Positions 19,801 through 29,197 of a DNA stretch of 39,817 bases are shown here, in pieces. The stretch covers positions 1 through 39,817 of the forward strand of contig JAPOKX010000003.1 in assembly GCA_029977425.1 (NCBI GenBank), given 5' to 3'. The notes below the pieces were generated by a model. That model made no database searches, had not been told where the DNA came from, and saw only the letters and a program-made list of their open reading frames with translations. The position numbers and the translations under genes were made by a program. Source of the stretch: Actinomycetota bacterium (lineage in GTDB: Bacteria > Actinomycetota > Actinomycetes > S36-B12). Position 1 is the stretch's first letter; each line of letters starts with the position of its first letter.

Positions 19801-20431
19801 CCTCGGCCTGACGGCCGAGGGGCTTCAACTGGCGCCGGAGCTCGGTGGTGAGGTCCGTCAGTCGCGTGAGATTGCCCTGCATGGCGTCGAGCTTGCGGAG
19901 CGCCTTCTCCTTGCGCTTGCGATGCTTGAGGACGCCGGCAGCCTCCTCGATGAAGCCGCGACGGTCCTCAGGGGTGGCGTGGAGGATCGCGTCGAGTTGC
20001 CCCTGGCCGACGATGACGTGCATCTCGCGGCCGATGCCCGAGTCCGACAGCAGCTCCTGGATGTCGAGCAGGCGGCACGGCGTGCCGTTGATGGCGTACT
20101 CGGATCCCCCGTTGCGGAAGAGAGTGCGCGAGATCGTGACCTCGGTGTAGTCGATCGGAAGGGCACCGTCGGTGTTGTCGATCGTGAGGGCGACTTCAGC
20201 GCGCCCCAGGGGGGCTCGGCCGCTGGTGCCGGCGAAGATCACGTCCGACATCGCGCCGCCACGCAGGGACTTGGCTCCCTGCTCGCCCATGACCCAAGCG
20301 ATGGCATCCACGATGTTGGACTTGCCGGAGCCGTTGGGCCCCACGACGCAGGTCACCCCGGGCTCGAAGGCAAGGGTCGTCGCGGAGGCGAACGACTTGA
20401 AGCCCTTGAGCGTGAGGCTCTTCAGATGCAC
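16865..20431 (-). CDS. smc: Chromosome segregation protein SMC
   Basis: 1188 aa: LKGFKSF, GPNGSGKSN, coiled coils and hinge, LSGGERSL, LDEVEAALD, VTHQK. Confidence 0.98.
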   Translation of the reverse strand: MHLKSLTLKGFKSFASATTLAFEPGVTCVVGPNGSGKSNIVDAIAWVMGEQGAKSLRGGAMSDVIFAGTSGRAPLGRAEVALTIDNTDGALPIDYTEVTISRTLFRNGGSEYAINGTPCRLLDIQELLSDSGIGREMHVIVGQGQLDAILHATPEDRRGFIEEAAGVLKHRKRKEKALRKLDAMQGNLTRLTDLTTELRRQLKPLGRQAEVARRAAVIQAEARDARLRLMADDLAQFRETLAAEVADESALRERRLEVEGQLAALTAQEATLDAESQSAAPLLASAQQSWFALSALRERFLGTASLSAERLRLIGPEIEDETASGRDPDALEAEAAGLREEEFALGRQVEAGRTALGEATSVRTDAERALAEEERRVAQGIRSQADRREGLARLAGRVAAARSRREARAAEIERVASQREDARTRAATAQREFAALEAQVAGLDAGELGLDTQYEETQARLAEADALVESLRQQERESERERAALAARLEALRIALARGDGPGALLQAGESVGVIGTVASLLAVESGYERGVAAALGPLSDAVVVRDARAAIDGIMLLHRDTAGRASVVVLGQSAGSAPDQGAAPAGLRWITDVVSGSPELLVALRSRLAGIVIVDHLDDAARAADAGLTAATREGDLIGPHVAFGGSGEAPSLIELQSAVDEAAASLESVQHALERTRFELAAALDAQQSATETAEAALSRLHESDAQLAAVAEQLGLLGQAARAATAEADRLAMAEQAALEALAADEATLAELEERLAVDEAAGSGDDLADRRPELAKAAEDARAHEVEARLTLRTGEERLASLTARAEGLERAAANERASRRRAIERREQRAREAEVAEAVAKGVRVVLRYLDASLARADAERREREEQQATRDTTLQQVRQSLRELSQEMERLTDSVHRDEVARAEQRLRIEQVEGRVIEEFGIEPDALVAEYGPDQLVPPTPAAPGDEVDPSAPEPEPYPYDRAQQERRLKAAERGLALLGKVNPLALEEFTALEERLRFLTEQVDDLKRSKADLLAIIKEVDERVEAVFTEAYHDTAREFERVFARLFPGGDGRLVLTDPSDMLLTGVDVEARPPGKKVKRLSLLSGGERSLTAVAFLIALFKARPSPFYVLDEVEAALDDVNLGRLIDAIDELRTASQLIVVTHQKRTMEIADALYGVSMRGDGVTQVVGQRLRDRDPVSA

Positions 20432-20457
20432 GCGCCGACCCTACCTGCGGCGGCAGG

Positions 20458-20652
20458 TCACCGGGGATCGGGCACGAGGAGGTCGGCCGGGACCGTCCAG
20501 TCCTGGGCTACCCACTCATCCTCGGGGAGCACAGCGACTTCCCGGAGCCGCTCCACCTCCGCCTCGAGATCGCGGACCCGGGCCCGCAGCCGGGAGATCT
20601 CGGCAGCGAGACGGGCATCGGCACCCGTGTGGCCGTAGATGGCCTTGGCCAT
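20458..20652 (-). CDS. Small coiled-coil hypothetical protein (64 aa)
   Basis: ATG with GAGGAG SD; heptad pattern ISRLRARVRDLEAEVERLRE; has its own promoter-like signals upstream. Confidence 0.75.
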   Translation of the reverse strand: MAKAIYGHTGADARLAAEISRLRARVRDLEAEVERLREVAVLPEDEWVAQDWTVPADLLVPDPR

Positions 20653-20696
20653 GGCATCTCCTCAGGTCCCGCGGACATCAGCCCATCGGCGTGCTC

Positions 20697-20726
20697 AGGG
20701 TGGCAGGGGCGAGAGGACGCCGTCAA
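20697..20726 (-). promoter_or_regulatory. Sigma70/SigA-type promoter TTGACG-N18-CACCCT
   Basis: -35 TTGACG at 20726-20721 (overlaps the mutM stop); -10 CACCCT at 20702-20697. Confidence 0.55.
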
Positions 20727-21589
20727 ACTCTCGTGCGCGGGCGGCGCTGGCACGTGGGGCACCGGTACGACGAGCGATTCATGAAGGGCTCTCGGACGAT
20801 GGGGCGGCCACATCGGTCGCAGGGCTCCCCCTCGCGCCCGTAGGCGTGGAGCGAACGATCGAACCACCCGCTCTCCCCGTTGACGTTGACATAGAGCGAG
20901 TCGAAGGAGGTGCCGCCTTCGGCGAGGGCGTCGGTCATCACGTCGCGGACGTGGGCGAGGAGCTCGCGGATGCGGGCACCCGTCAGGCGCTCCCCTGGCA
21001 CGTCGTAGTGCAGTCGTGCCCGCCAGAGGGCTTCATCCGCGTAGATATTGCCGATCCCCGAGACCACACCCTGGTCGAGGAGGCAGCGCTTGATGCCCGA
21101 GGACCGCGAGCGGACCCTGCGAGCGAAGTCACGATCGTCGAACCGGGGATCGAGCGGATCCCGGGCGATGTGCGCCACGGCGCCCGGCACGCGGCCGCCG
21201 GCTCCGTCTTCGACGAGGTCGTCGATGTGCATTCCCCCGAACATGCGCTGGTCGACGAAGTGCAGTTCGCGATCGGCGCCCTCGAGCACGATGCGCACGC
21301 GCAGATGCCGCTCGTCAGCGGACCCGGGATCCGGCAGGAGCATCTGACCACTCATGCCCAGGTGCACCACGAGCGCCCGGTCGTCGTCGAGAGTCATCCA
21401 GAGGTACTTCCCCCGTCGGCTCACGGAGCGCAAGCGGCGCCCGATCAGTCCGGCGACCAGGTCCGCGGGTCCCGCCTCGTGGCGGCGCACCGATCGTGGC
21501 TCCAGGACCTGGACCGCCGCGATGCGCCGATCCGTCACGTAGGGAGCGAGTCCGCGACGGACCACCTCCACCTCGGGCAACTCAGGCAC
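20723..21589 (-). CDS. mutM: Formamidopyrimidine-DNA glycosylase
   Basis: [30 protein letters not shown]-terminal zinc finger CDRC...CPTC. Confidence 0.97.
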   Translation of the reverse strand: MPELPEVEVVRRGLAPYVTDRRIAAVQVLEPRSVRRHEAGPADLVAGLIGRRLRSVSRRGKYLWMTLDDDRALVVHLGMSGQMLLPDPGSADERHLRVRIVLEGADRELHFVDQRMFGGMHIDDLVEDGAGGRVPGAVAHIARDPLDPRFDDRDFARRVRSRSSGIKRCLLDQGVVSGIGNIYADEALWRARLHYDVPGERLTGARIRELLAHVRDVMTDALAEGGTSFDSLYVNVNGESGWFDRSLHAYGREGEPCDRCGRPIVREPFMNRSSYRCPTCQRRPRTRV

Positions 21590-21594
21590 GAACG

Positions 21595-22302
21595 TCAGGC
21601 ACCCTGCTGTCGGAGGGTCGCCGCGCGATAGGCGGCCTCGGCCGCCTGCTGCTCGGCCTCCTTCTTGGAACTTCCCTCGCCCTCGCCCCAGACCTCGTCC
21701 ACGAGCATCACGCGAGCGCGGAAGACCTTGGCGTGGTCGGGGCCGGCTTCGTCGACCTGGTACTCCGGGACCCCCAGAGCCAGTGCCGCGGTCAACTCCT
21801 GCAGCGACGTCTTCCAGTCCAGCCCAGCGCCCAGGGTGGAGGCGTGCTCGACCAGGGGATCGAAGAGGCGATGGACGACAGCCTCCGCGGCCGCCAGTCC
21901 GTGCTCGAGGTAGACGGCGCCGATCACGGCCTCAAGCGTGTCGGCCAGGATCGATGACTTGTCGCGGCCGCCCGTGATCTCCTCGCCCCGCCCCAGTCGC
22001 AGGAGCGCACCCAGTCCCAGCGACCTGCCCACGTCAGCGAGTGCGCGAGCGTTGACGATGGCCGCGCGCATCTTGGCGAGGTGTCCCTCGGCCACATCGG
22101 GATAGCGACGGTAGAGCGACTCCGTGACCACGAGCCCGAGGACGGCGTCGCCTAGGAACTCCATGCGCTCGTTGGTCGGGAGGCCGCCGTTCTCGTAGGC
22201 GAAGGAGCGATGCGTGACCGCCTGCTCCATCAGCGCGTCGGGCAGCGTGGCGCCGAGGGCGGCAAGTGTCTCCTTCACCGAGCTCACGGTCGCCTCGCTC
22301 AT
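21595..22302 (-). CDS. rnc: Ribonuclease III
   Basis: [25 protein letters not shown], ds[11 protein letters not shown]...[13 protein letters not shown] 22302 overlaps the upstream stop (TGATG). Confidence 0.97.
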   Translation of the reverse strand: MSEATVSSVKETLAALGATLPDALMEQAVTHRSFAYENGGLPTNERMEFLGDAVLGLVVTESLYRRYPDVAEGHLAKMRAAIVNARALADVGRSLGLGALLRLGRGEEITGGRDKSSILADTLEAVIGAVYLEHGLAAAEAVVHRLFDPLVEHASTLGAGLDWKTSLQELTAALALGVPEYQVDEAGPDHAKVFRARVMLVDEVWGEGEGSSKKEAEQQAAEAAYRAATLRQQGA

Positions 22303-22544
22303 CAGGGTGATCCGACGGGAGTCAGGCAGTCGGCGAGATCCGCGACGCTGCCCGCGCGGGAGGCCGCGCCGGTGTCGCTGCGCCACCCTGCTTGGCCCAC
22401 CGCGTCCGTCCAGCAGATGCACGCGAGGGAGTCCCACCCGAGCGGCACGAGGGGTGAGTCGGCGCGCAGGGTCGACTCCTCGATGCCGAGCACGCGGGCC
22501 AGCGCTGCCCGGGCAACGAGGACCTGCGGCTCTGCCGAGGACAT
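22302..22544 (-). CDS. Acyl-carrier-protein-like small protein (80 aa)
   Basis: MSSAEPQ...[14 protein letters not shown]...SVADLADCL. GxDSL phosphopantetheine motif at Ser39, ACP-like length and an (S/T)VxDL C-terminal helix. Exactly fills the rpmF-rnc gap. Confidence 0.75.
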   Translation of the reverse strand: MSSAEPQVLVARAALARVLGIEESTLRADSPLVPLGWDSLACICWTDAVGQAGWRSDTGAASRAGSVADLADCLTPVGSP

Positions 22545-22551
22545 GCGCAGC

Positions 22552-22725
22552 TCAGACGTCGAGGACGCGCCGCTTGGCGTAGGTGCCGCAGGTGGGGCAC
22601 ACGGTGTGCGCGAGCTTGGGCTCACGGCAGCGGGCGCAGGACACCAGCGTGGGCGCGGCAGCCTTCCACTGGGAACGGCGATGCCGGGTGTTGGAGCGGG
22701 AGGTCTTCCGCTTGGGAACGGCCAC
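22552..22725 (-). CDS. rpmF: 50S ribosomal protein L32 (zinc-binding form)
   Basis: (M)[23 protein letters not shown] and CPTC; GTG start at 22725. Confidence 0.97.
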   Translation of the reverse strand: MAVPKRKTSRSNTRHRRSQWKAAAPTLVSCARCREPKLAHTVCPTCGTYAKRRVLDV

Positions 22726-22726
22726 G

Positions 22727-23383
22727 TCAGTCGTCCTTGTCGTCGTCGTGCGCCTTGTCGCGCACAGTCTCTTGGTCGCGCGCGGTCTCTTGGTCGCGCA
22801 CGGCGTCTTGCTGGTCTTTCGGTCCCTCGTCGAGCAGAGCTTCCAGCGCTGCCCACCGGGGGTCGTGCACTTCGTGACGATGACCGGGGTCGAGCGCAAG
22901 GAGTGCGCCGCACTCGACGCACAGCCCCGGGCAGTCGTCCCGGCACAGCGGCGCAATGGGCAGTCGAAGAACAACCGCGTCTCGCACCGTCGCCTCGAGG
23001 TCGATCAGGTCGTCCTCGATGACGGGCGGGGCATCCTCTTCGTCGTCAGCCTCCACATCCACGCGGTGTCCTCGCGCGTCCTGCGGCGGGTAGACGAACA
23101 ACTCCTGGATGTCCGCGAACTCATCCCACGACACGGGTTCGAGACAACGCGCGCATTCGGCGTCGACTCGCGCCCGGACTGTCCCGGAGACGAGCACCCC
23201 CTCCACCACCGACTCCAGCCTCAGATCGAGGTCGACGTCGCTGCCTTCGGGGACCCTGGCCAGCCCTGCTCCCCAACCCTTTGTCGCCGGCACCTCGCGG
23301 TGGAGTTCCTTCATCGCGCCCGCCCGCCGGCCTAGGTCGCGGATATCCACGACGAAGGGCGCGCGGGGGTCGAGGGCGTTCAG
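22727..23383 (-). CDS. yceD: YceD/DUF177 family protein
   Basis: [40 protein letters not shown]; upstream of rpmF. Start uncertain: best SD-linked codon is CTG 23383. Confidence 0.88.
   Translation of the reverse strand: MNALDPRAPFVVDIRDLGRRAGAMKELHREVPATKGWGAGLARVPEGSDVDLDLRLESVVEGVLVSGTVRARVDAECARCLEPVSWDEFADIQELFVYPPQDARGHRVDVEADDEEDAPPVIEDDLIDLEATVRDAVVLRLPIAPLCRDDCPGLCVECGALLALDPGHRHEVHDPRWAALEALLDEGPKDQQDAVRDQETARDQETVRDKAHDDDKDD
22757..22810. repeat. Three imperfect 18-bp tandem repeats in the yceD 3' end
   Basis: gtcgcgcacagtctcttg / gtcgcgcgcggtctcttg / gtcgcgcacggcgtcttg, encoding [18 protein letters not shown]. Confidence 0.8.
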
Positions 23384-23490
23384 GACTCCTCCGACTACTC
23401 CGGCTACTTCGTGCCGGGGAAACCGGCCGGGCCAAGGATACGCCAGGGGCGATCCCGGCCGCCAATGCCGGTGCTGCCCCGGCGGGGGGC

Positions 23491-23982
23491 TCACTCAGGG
23501 ATCGGGCCCTCGTCGTCGGCGTACTCCTCCTCGAACTCCGCCTGGCCGCGGAGCTTGTCGCGTCCGCGCTCCACGGCCGCGAGCGTCTTGTGGAGGGTGA
23601 TCTCGAACGTGGCCAGGCGCGCATCGATGTAGTCGTCGGTCTCGCGGCGCATCCGCGTCACCTCGTCGAGGGTCTCGGCGCGCAGCGCCTCGGACTCGGC
23701 CACGGCGACGAGGTAGACCTCATGCTGGGACAGCATGCGCAGCTGCTCCTCGCGCGCTTCGGCGATGAGTCGCTCCGCCTCGCGACGACCTTCGGCAACC
23801 ACAGCCTCTCGCTCCGCGAGCAGCTGATCGGCGTCGGAGAGGGAGCTCGGCAGGGCGTCGCGGATATCGTCGATGAGGTCGAGCACCACGGCGCGGTTGA
23901 CCATGCACGACGCCGACAGCGGGACCGCCTTGGCCTCCTCGACGAGCACGGAGAGCTCTTCTAGTTTCTGATCGACGTCCAC
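23491..23982 (-). CDS. DivIVA-related coiled-coil protein (SepIVA-like)
   Basis: LVEEAKAVPLSASCMVNR, long coiled coil, DDYIDARLATFE...VERGRDKL; conserved position between coaD and yceD. Confidence 0.8.
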   Translation of the reverse strand: MDVDQKLEELSVLVEEAKAVPLSASCMVNRAVVLDLIDDIRDALPSSLSDADQLLAEREAVVAEGRREAERLIAEAREEQLRMLSQHEVYLVAVAESEALRAETLDEVTRMRRETDDYIDARLATFEITLHKTLAAVERGRDKLRGQAEFEEEYADDEGPIPE

Positions 23983-23999
23983 GCACTACCTCCAGTCGA

Positions 24000-24023
24000 C
24001 GATCCGACGTAGACGTCGGATCG
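24000..24023. other. Perfect 11-bp inverted repeat between coaD and the sepIVA-like gene
   Basis: CGATCCGACGT-AG-ACGTCGGATCG. No U-tract, so it could be a terminator, 5'-UTR stem or operator. Confidence 0.55.
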
Positions 24024-24045
24024 CAGCACACTCAGCGGCTTGACC

Positions 24046-24528
24046 CTAGCGCCGCTGCTCCAGTGTCGCGTGGAGCCGCTCCAGGACGACATCCGGGACC
24101 AGCCCCTCGACGCTTCCGCCGTGCGTCGCGACCTCCTTGACGAGGCTGGACGACAGGTAGCTGTAGAGGGGGTTCGTGGAGACGAAGAGCGTCTCGACCT
24201 TCCCGAGTCGGTAGTTCATCTGGGCCATCTGGAGCTCGTAGTCGAAATCGCTCACGGCCCGTAGTCCCTTGACGATCGCCTGGACGCCATGCTCCTTGCA
24301 GTAGTCGACCAGGAGGCCGTAGAAGGAGTCCACCTCGACGTTGGGCAGGTCGGCCACGACCTCGCGCAGCATGTCCATGCGCTCGTCGACGCTGAAGAGG
24401 CTCGACTTCGTCTTGTTGATGAGCACGGCCACGATGACGCGATCGGCCAGGGTCGCCGCACGCCGGAACACATCGAGGTGTCCATTGGTTACCGGGTCGA
24501 AGGACCCAGGACAGACCGCGACGCGCAT
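24046..24528 (-). CDS. coaD: Phosphopantetheine adenylyltransferase
   Basis: MRVAVCPGSFDPVTNGH, KGLRAVSDFDYE, SSSLVKEVA; coupled to rsmD by TGATG. Confidence 0.97.
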   Translation of the reverse strand: MRVAVCPGSFDPVTNGHLDVFRRAATLADRVIVAVLINKTKSSLFSVDERMDMLREVVADLPNVEVDSFYGLLVDYCKEHGVQAIVKGLRAVSDFDYELQMAQMNYRLGKVETLFVSTNPLYSYLSSSLVKEVATHGGSVEGLVPDVVLERLHATLEQRR

Positions 24529-25106
24529 CACGCCTCCTCTACCGCTGACGGGCTGACTCGACCGTACCAAAGCGCAGTGTCCCCGTAGTCGCGCTTGCGC
24601 AGCTCTTCCCACCCGGAACCAGGCCACGGTTCGTGCGAGCGCACCGATCGCTCCACGACGACCAGCGCGCCTTTGGCCAGCGCACCGTGGACGACCAGGG
24701 CTGTGAGCACGCCGCGCACGTCGTCATCGGCCACGGCGTAGGGCGGGTCGACGTAGACCACGTGAAAGGGACCGCCCTCGGGGTGCCAGCGCGTGGCGTC
24801 CGCCGCGACGACGCGGGCCCGGGCGTCGACCGTGGCGACGTTGCGGCGCAGAACCTCCAGGCATCGGCGATCGCGCTCGACCAGCGTCGCCTCCGCAGCG
24901 CCCCGGCTCATGGCCTCGAGCCCCACTGCACCGGAGCCCGCGAAGAGGTCCAGGAAGTGAATGTCGCTCCAGCCGCCGTAGTTCTCGCGCACGTGGGTGT
25001 CCAGGCTCGAGAACAGCGCTTCGCGCACCCGGTCCGTCGTCGGTCGCGTGCCCTCCGGCGGCGCGGCGAGGCGCCGCCCACCTGCATGCCCGGCGATGAC
25101 GCGCAT
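24528..25106 (-). CDS. rsmD: 16S rRNA m2G966 methyltransferase RsmD
   Basis: MRVIAG, TRPTTDRVREALF, LDLFAGSGAVGLEAMSRGA, VDPPY, YGDT. Confidence 0.95.
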   Translation of the reverse strand: MRVIAGHAGGRRLAAPPEGTRPTTDRVREALFSSLDTHVRENYGGWSDIHFLDLFAGSGAVGLEAMSRGAAEATLVERDRRCLEVLRRNVATVDARARVVAADATRWHPEGGPFHVVYVDPPYAVADDDVRGVLTALVVHGALAKGALVVVERSVRSHEPWPGSGWEELRKRDYGDTALWYGRVSPSAVEEA

Positions 25107-25107
25107 G

Positions 25108-27354
25108 TCAGCCCTTCTCCAGGAACTCGGACCGGTCGTCGGCGGCGAGCATGCGCACCCGCTCGCGCAGCGCAGCATGGCGCGTGAGCGTGGGATCGTC
25201 GGCGACGATGGCCTGGGCCGCCTGGCGCGCTTCCTCCACGAGCGCCTCGTCCCGGATGACTTCGAGCAGGCGCAAGGAGGATCTCTTGCCCGATTGGGCG
25301 GTCCCGAGGATGTCGCCCTCCCGACGCGCCTCGAGATCGACTCGGGCGAGCGCGAATCCGTCGGTCGTGGCTGCCACCGCGGCGAGCCTCTCGCGAGCGG
25401 GCGATCCGGGCTCGGCGGCCGTGACGAGGAGGCACAGGCCATCGCCTCCTCCGCGCGCGATACGCCCGCGGAGCTGATGCAACTGCGAGATGCCGAAGCG
25501 CTCGGCATCGAGGATGACCATCATCGACGCCTCAGGCACGTCGACGCCTACTTCGATCACGGTCGTGGAGACCAGGACGTCGAGCGCAGCCGGGTCGTCG
25601 CTCGACAGCGTGAAGCGGCGCATGGCCTCGTCCTTGTCCTCGGCAGGCATGCGGCCGTGAAGCATGCCCACGCGCAGGCCGGACAACCAACGGTCTGCGA
25701 GCGAGCGGGTGACGTCGACCACGCTCGAGAGGGGCGACTCGTCGGCGCTCGACTCCGGATCGGCCTCGATCTCGTCCGAGCTGACAGCGGCGGAGTCGTC
25801 TCCGATGCGCGGGCACACCACGAAGACGCGCCTCCCAGCATCGACCTCCTCGCGGACTCGATCCCATGCGCGCACCAGGTGAGCGGGATGCTCCCGGGGA
25901 GCGACCACGTGGGTGGCGATTCGACCGCGGCCAGGCGGGTACTCGTCGATGACGCTCACGTCGAGGTCGCCGAACACGGTCATGGCCACCGTGCGCGGGA
26001 TAGGGGTGGCCGTCATGACCAGCACGTGGGGCCGAGTGTCGGCGGGTCCCCGTCCGGCAAGCGCGGCGCGCTGCTCCACCCCGAAGCGATGCTGCTCGTC
26101 GACGACCACGAGGCCGAGGTCGGCGAAGGCGACCGTGTCCTCCAGGAGCGCGTGGGTGCCCACCACGATGCCCGCCTCGCCGCTGGCGATGGCGGCGAGT
26201 TCCTCTCGGCGCTGGCGTGCCGACTGCGAGCCCGACACGTAGGCCACGCGCGTGCCCATGTCACTCGACCCCAGCAGCCCCGACTCGGCCAGCGGGCCGA
26301 GGAGTCCGCGGATGGTGCGCAGGTGCTGCTGGGCGAGGACCTCCGTCGGGGCGAGCAGGGCTGCCTGCGCTCCGGCGTCCACGACCTGGAGCATCGCGCG
26401 CAGGGCCACGAGAGTCTTGCCGCTGCCCACATCGCCCTGGAGCAGGCGCTGCATGGGGTGGGTGCCGGAAAGGTCCGAGGAGATCTCCGCTCCCACGCGC
26501 TCCTGCGCGGAAGTCAGGGCGTAGGGAGTGCGGCTGTCGAACTCTGCAAGCAGGCCCTCAGCGGAGCGCGGCCTCGGCGTCGCGGCCTGCGCGAGGCGCT
26601 CGTGCCGGCGCTGAGCGAGCACCACCTGCAGGTCGAAGGCCTCCTCGAAGCGGAGTCTGCGGCGCGCGGCTTCGATCGCGTCGCGATCCGGAGGCCGGTG
26701 GATGCCGCGCAGTGCGTCGTCGAGCCCGAGAAGCCCCTTCTCCATGCGCAGGGCGGGGGGCAGCGGGTCTTCGACGTCCGCCAGCGAGTCGAGGACCAGT
26801 CGCACGGTTTGCTGAATGCGCCAACTCGGCAGTCCCGCCGTGGCGGGGTAGATGGGAATGAGGAGATCGGAGAACGCCGCCTCAGCTTCGCGGTCGCGGT
26901 CCGCATCGCCCGACTCGTCCACGAGATGCAGGCCCGCGTCGGGAATCATCACGTGACGCGGATGCGCGAGCTGGCGGGTCCCGCCATACGCCGACACGGT
27001 GCCCGCGAAGAGCCCGCGCCTGCCCACGCGAAACTCCCGCTCGACGCGCCACGGCTGGTTGAAGAACACCAGGCTGATGCGCCCCCGACCATCGGAGACG
27101 ACGACCTCGGTCACGGTGCCCTTGCGTTGCTGCATCCGGCGATTGCTCGCGGACACGACCTCGGCGAGGACGGTGACATGCTCGCCCACCTGCAGGGAGT
27201 CGAGGTCGGTGAGCTCGCCGGGGTCAATGTAACGGCGCGGATAGTGCCGCAGGAGGTCGTCGACCGTCTCGATCCCCAAGCCGTCGCGCAGGGCCTTGGC
27301 GGTCTTGCCGCCGGCGACCGCCGACACGGGTGCTGCGAGGCTCACGCGCGCCAC
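25108..27354 (-). CDS. recG: ATP-dependent DNA helicase RecG
   Basis: DLLRHYPRRY, LLQGDVGSGKT, DEQHRFGVEQR, MTATPIPRT, QLHQLRGR. Start GTG 27354, or 27360 overlapping the DAK2 stop. Confidence 0.96.
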   Translation of the reverse strand: MARVSLAAPVSAVAGGKTAKALRDGLGIETVDDLLRHYPRRYIDPGELTDLDSLQVGEHVTVLAEVVSASNRRMQQRKGTVTEVVVSDGRGRISLVFFNQPWRVEREFRVGRRGLFAGTVSAYGGTRQLAHPRHVMIPDAGLHLVDESGDADRDREAEAAFSDLLIPIYPATAGLPSWRIQQTVRLVLDSLADVEDPLPPALRMEKGLLGLDDALRGIHRPPDRDAIEAARRRLRFEEAFDLQVVLAQRRHERLAQAATPRPRSAEGLLAEFDSRTPYALTSAQERVGAEISSDLSGTHPMQRLLQGDVGSGKTLVALRAMLQVVDAGAQAALLAPTEVLAQQHLRTIRGLLGPLAESGLLGSSDMGTRVAYVSGSQSARQRREELAAIASGEAGIVVGTHALLEDTVAFADLGLVVVDEQHRFGVEQRAALAGRGPADTRPHVLVMTATPIPRTVAMTVFGDLDVSVIDEYPPGRGRIATHVVAPREHPAHLVRAWDRVREEVDAGRRVFVVCPRIGDDSAAVSSDEIEADPESSADESPLSSVVDVTRSLADRWLSGLRVGMLHGRMPAEDKDEAMRRFTLSSDDPAALDVLVSTTVIEVGVDVPEASMMVILDAERFGISQLHQLRGRIARGGGDGLCLLVTAAEPGSPARERLAAVAATTDGFALARVDLEARREGDILGTAQSGKRSSLRLLEVIRDEALVEEARQAAQAIVADDPTLTRHAALRERVRMLAADDRSEFLEKG

Positions 27355-27356
27355 GG

Positions 27357-29000
27357 TCACTCCACGCCGACGATGACCGGCCACAGCGGTTGACCGCCGT
27401 CCAGGGCCACGACATCGACTCCCGCGTGCCTGCGCTGCAGCGAATCGGCGAGCGACTCCGACTCCTCGGCGTCCCACTCCGCACCCGTGACGAGGGTGAC
27501 GAGCTCTCCCCCGCCGCCCAGGAGCCGGTCAGCCACAGCCGCGGCCACGGCACCCACGTCGGAGCCAATCTCGACGATGTCGCCCTCGGCCAGGCCGAGC
27601 ACATCTCCGACGCGACAGGGACCGGCCATGGTGAGCGCGTCCTTGGAGGCGATCGTCACCGCGCCGTATCTCGTGGCTCCGGCAGCTCGCGTCATCGCCA
27701 CGACCGCATCGTCGAAGCGCGCGGCGGGATCGTGGACCGCGAGAGCCGCGAGGCTCTGCACGATGGAACGGGCCGGGATGACCGAGACGCGCATCCCCTC
27801 GGCCCGGGCCTGTTCCGCGGCGGCCTCCGCGACGGCCAGGGAGTCGGAGTCGCTCGGCAGCATGACCACCTCGCCCGACCCTGCGCGGCGCACCCCGTCG
27901 AGGAGCTCGGCCGTGGAAGGACGCCGTCGCGGACGCGCGGGCACCGCCACCGCCCCGTAGTCGGCCACGAGTGCTGCCGTGCCCGGTCCGTGAGTCACCA
28001 CCACGAGCCCGCGGCCCGACAGCGGCGGGGTCGCCGTGGCCTCCGGCAGGTAGGTCACGCGAATGCGCTCAAGGGGCCCGGTCGCGATTCCGGCTTCGAT
28101 CGCGGCGCCCGCATCGTGCACGTGCACGTGCACGTTCCACAGTTCGGCGTCGCCGGTCACCATGAGCGAGTCCCCCAGTGGCTCGAGCGCCTCGCGCAGG
28201 CGCGTCACGGCGTCCGCGTCCGCCGTGACGAGATACATCACCTCGTAGGACGGCTCGCCCGCCGCCACGACGGGAGCGCCGTGGACCACGTGCGGTGCGG
28301 GCAGCTTGGCTCGCGCGGCGGGGCGGGGGCGCCGCCGCCGCACGCCCGTGACGACATCGAGCAGCGCGTCGTACACCACCACGAGGCCCTGGCCACCCGC
28401 GTCCACCACCCCGGCATCGCGCAGCGCCGGCAGTTGATCCGTGGTGAGCGCAAGAGCCTGGTGCGCGTCGGTGACCGCGCTCTCGATGACAGCGACAAGG
28501 CCCTCGCCTGCGGCCGCGGCGCGCTCGGCTGACTCCGCGGCTGCTCGCACCACCGAGAGAATCGTGCCCTCGACCGGTCGCGATACGGCGGCATAGGCTT
28601 CATCACTGGCGGCGCGCAGCGCACGCGCCACGATCTCGGGAGTGAGCACATCGCGATCGGATACCTCACCGAGGACACCGGAGACACCGCGCACGATCTG
28701 GGCGAGGATGACGCCGGAGTTGCCGCGGGCCCCCAGAAGCGCCCCCCGGGCCATGGCCGCGGCCACGTCGGCGGTGCCGGGTCGAGTGTCGCGCGCCTCA
28801 GCGTCGTCGAAGACCTCGTCGATCGAGGCGCACGCAGACTCGACGGTGAGGAACATATTGGTGCCGGTGTCGCCATCGGGCACGGGGAAGACGTTGAGCG
28901 CGTCGATGGCGGCGCGCTCCTCGCCCAGGGCAGCCAGGGAGGCCTCGGCCCAGGCCCGCACCGCGGCGGCATGGAGACGGGTGGGCATGGGCTCCGCCAC
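27357..29000 (-). CDS. DAK2-domain protein (FakA/YloV-like fatty acid kinase subunit)
   Basis: [57 protein letters not shown] 29000 has a GGGGAGG SD. Confidence 0.92.
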   Translation of the reverse strand: MAEPMPTRLHAAAVRAWAEASLAALGEERAAIDALNVFPVPDGDTGTNMFLTVESACASIDEVFDDAEARDTRPGTADVAAAMARGALLGARGNSGVILAQIVRGVSGVLGEVSDRDVLTPEIVARALRAASDEAYAAVSRPVEGTILSVVRAAAESAERAAAAGEGLVAVIESAVTDAHQALALTTDQLPALRDAGVVDAGGQGLVVVYDALLDVVTGVRRRRPRPAARAKLPAPHVVHGAPVVAAGEPSYEVMYLVTADADAVTRLREALEPLGDSLMVTGDAELWNVHVHVHDAGAAIEAGIATGPLERIRVTYLPEATATPPLSGRGLVVVTHGPGTAALVADYGAVAVPARPRRRPSTAELLDGVRRAGSGEVVMLPSDSDSLAVAEAAAEQARAEGMRVSVIPARSIVQSLAALAVHDPAARFDDAVVAMTRAAGATRYGAVTIASKDALTMAGPCRVGDVLGLAEGDIVEIGSDVGAVAAAVADRLLGGGGELVTLVTGAEWDAEESESLADSLQRRHAGVDVVALDGGQPLWPVIVGVE

Positions 29001-29090
29001 GGTCACCTCCCCGGTCGCCTCCCGCCCACCCCTTCGGATGTGGCCTGAGCCACCGTATCCCCCGGGACGGACCGTGGAGGGCCTCCCGGT

Positions 29091-29120
29091 TTGGGGTGCG
29101 CCGCCCCTCTCGGCTACCCT
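29091..29120 (+). promoter_or_regulatory. Putative rpmB promoter TTGGGG-N18-TACCCT
   Basis: -35-like at 29091-29096 and -10 at 29115-29120. A divergent -10 TACGGT for the DAK2 gene lies at 29057-29052. Confidence 0.45.
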
Positions 29121-29197
29121 CATGTGGCTGCTGCCAGTGGCAGCGGCACGCGACCTGGGCCCGAGGGGGCCCGCGCCGACCACCTGAGGAGTTCACC

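Noticed and set aside
24997-27393. Long antisense ORFs in the track (e.g. 798 aa here; also 6447-8237, 16820-18703, 36854-38368)
   Set aside because: Shadow frames opposite well-supported genes. They are expected from high GC3 and show no recognisable motifs.
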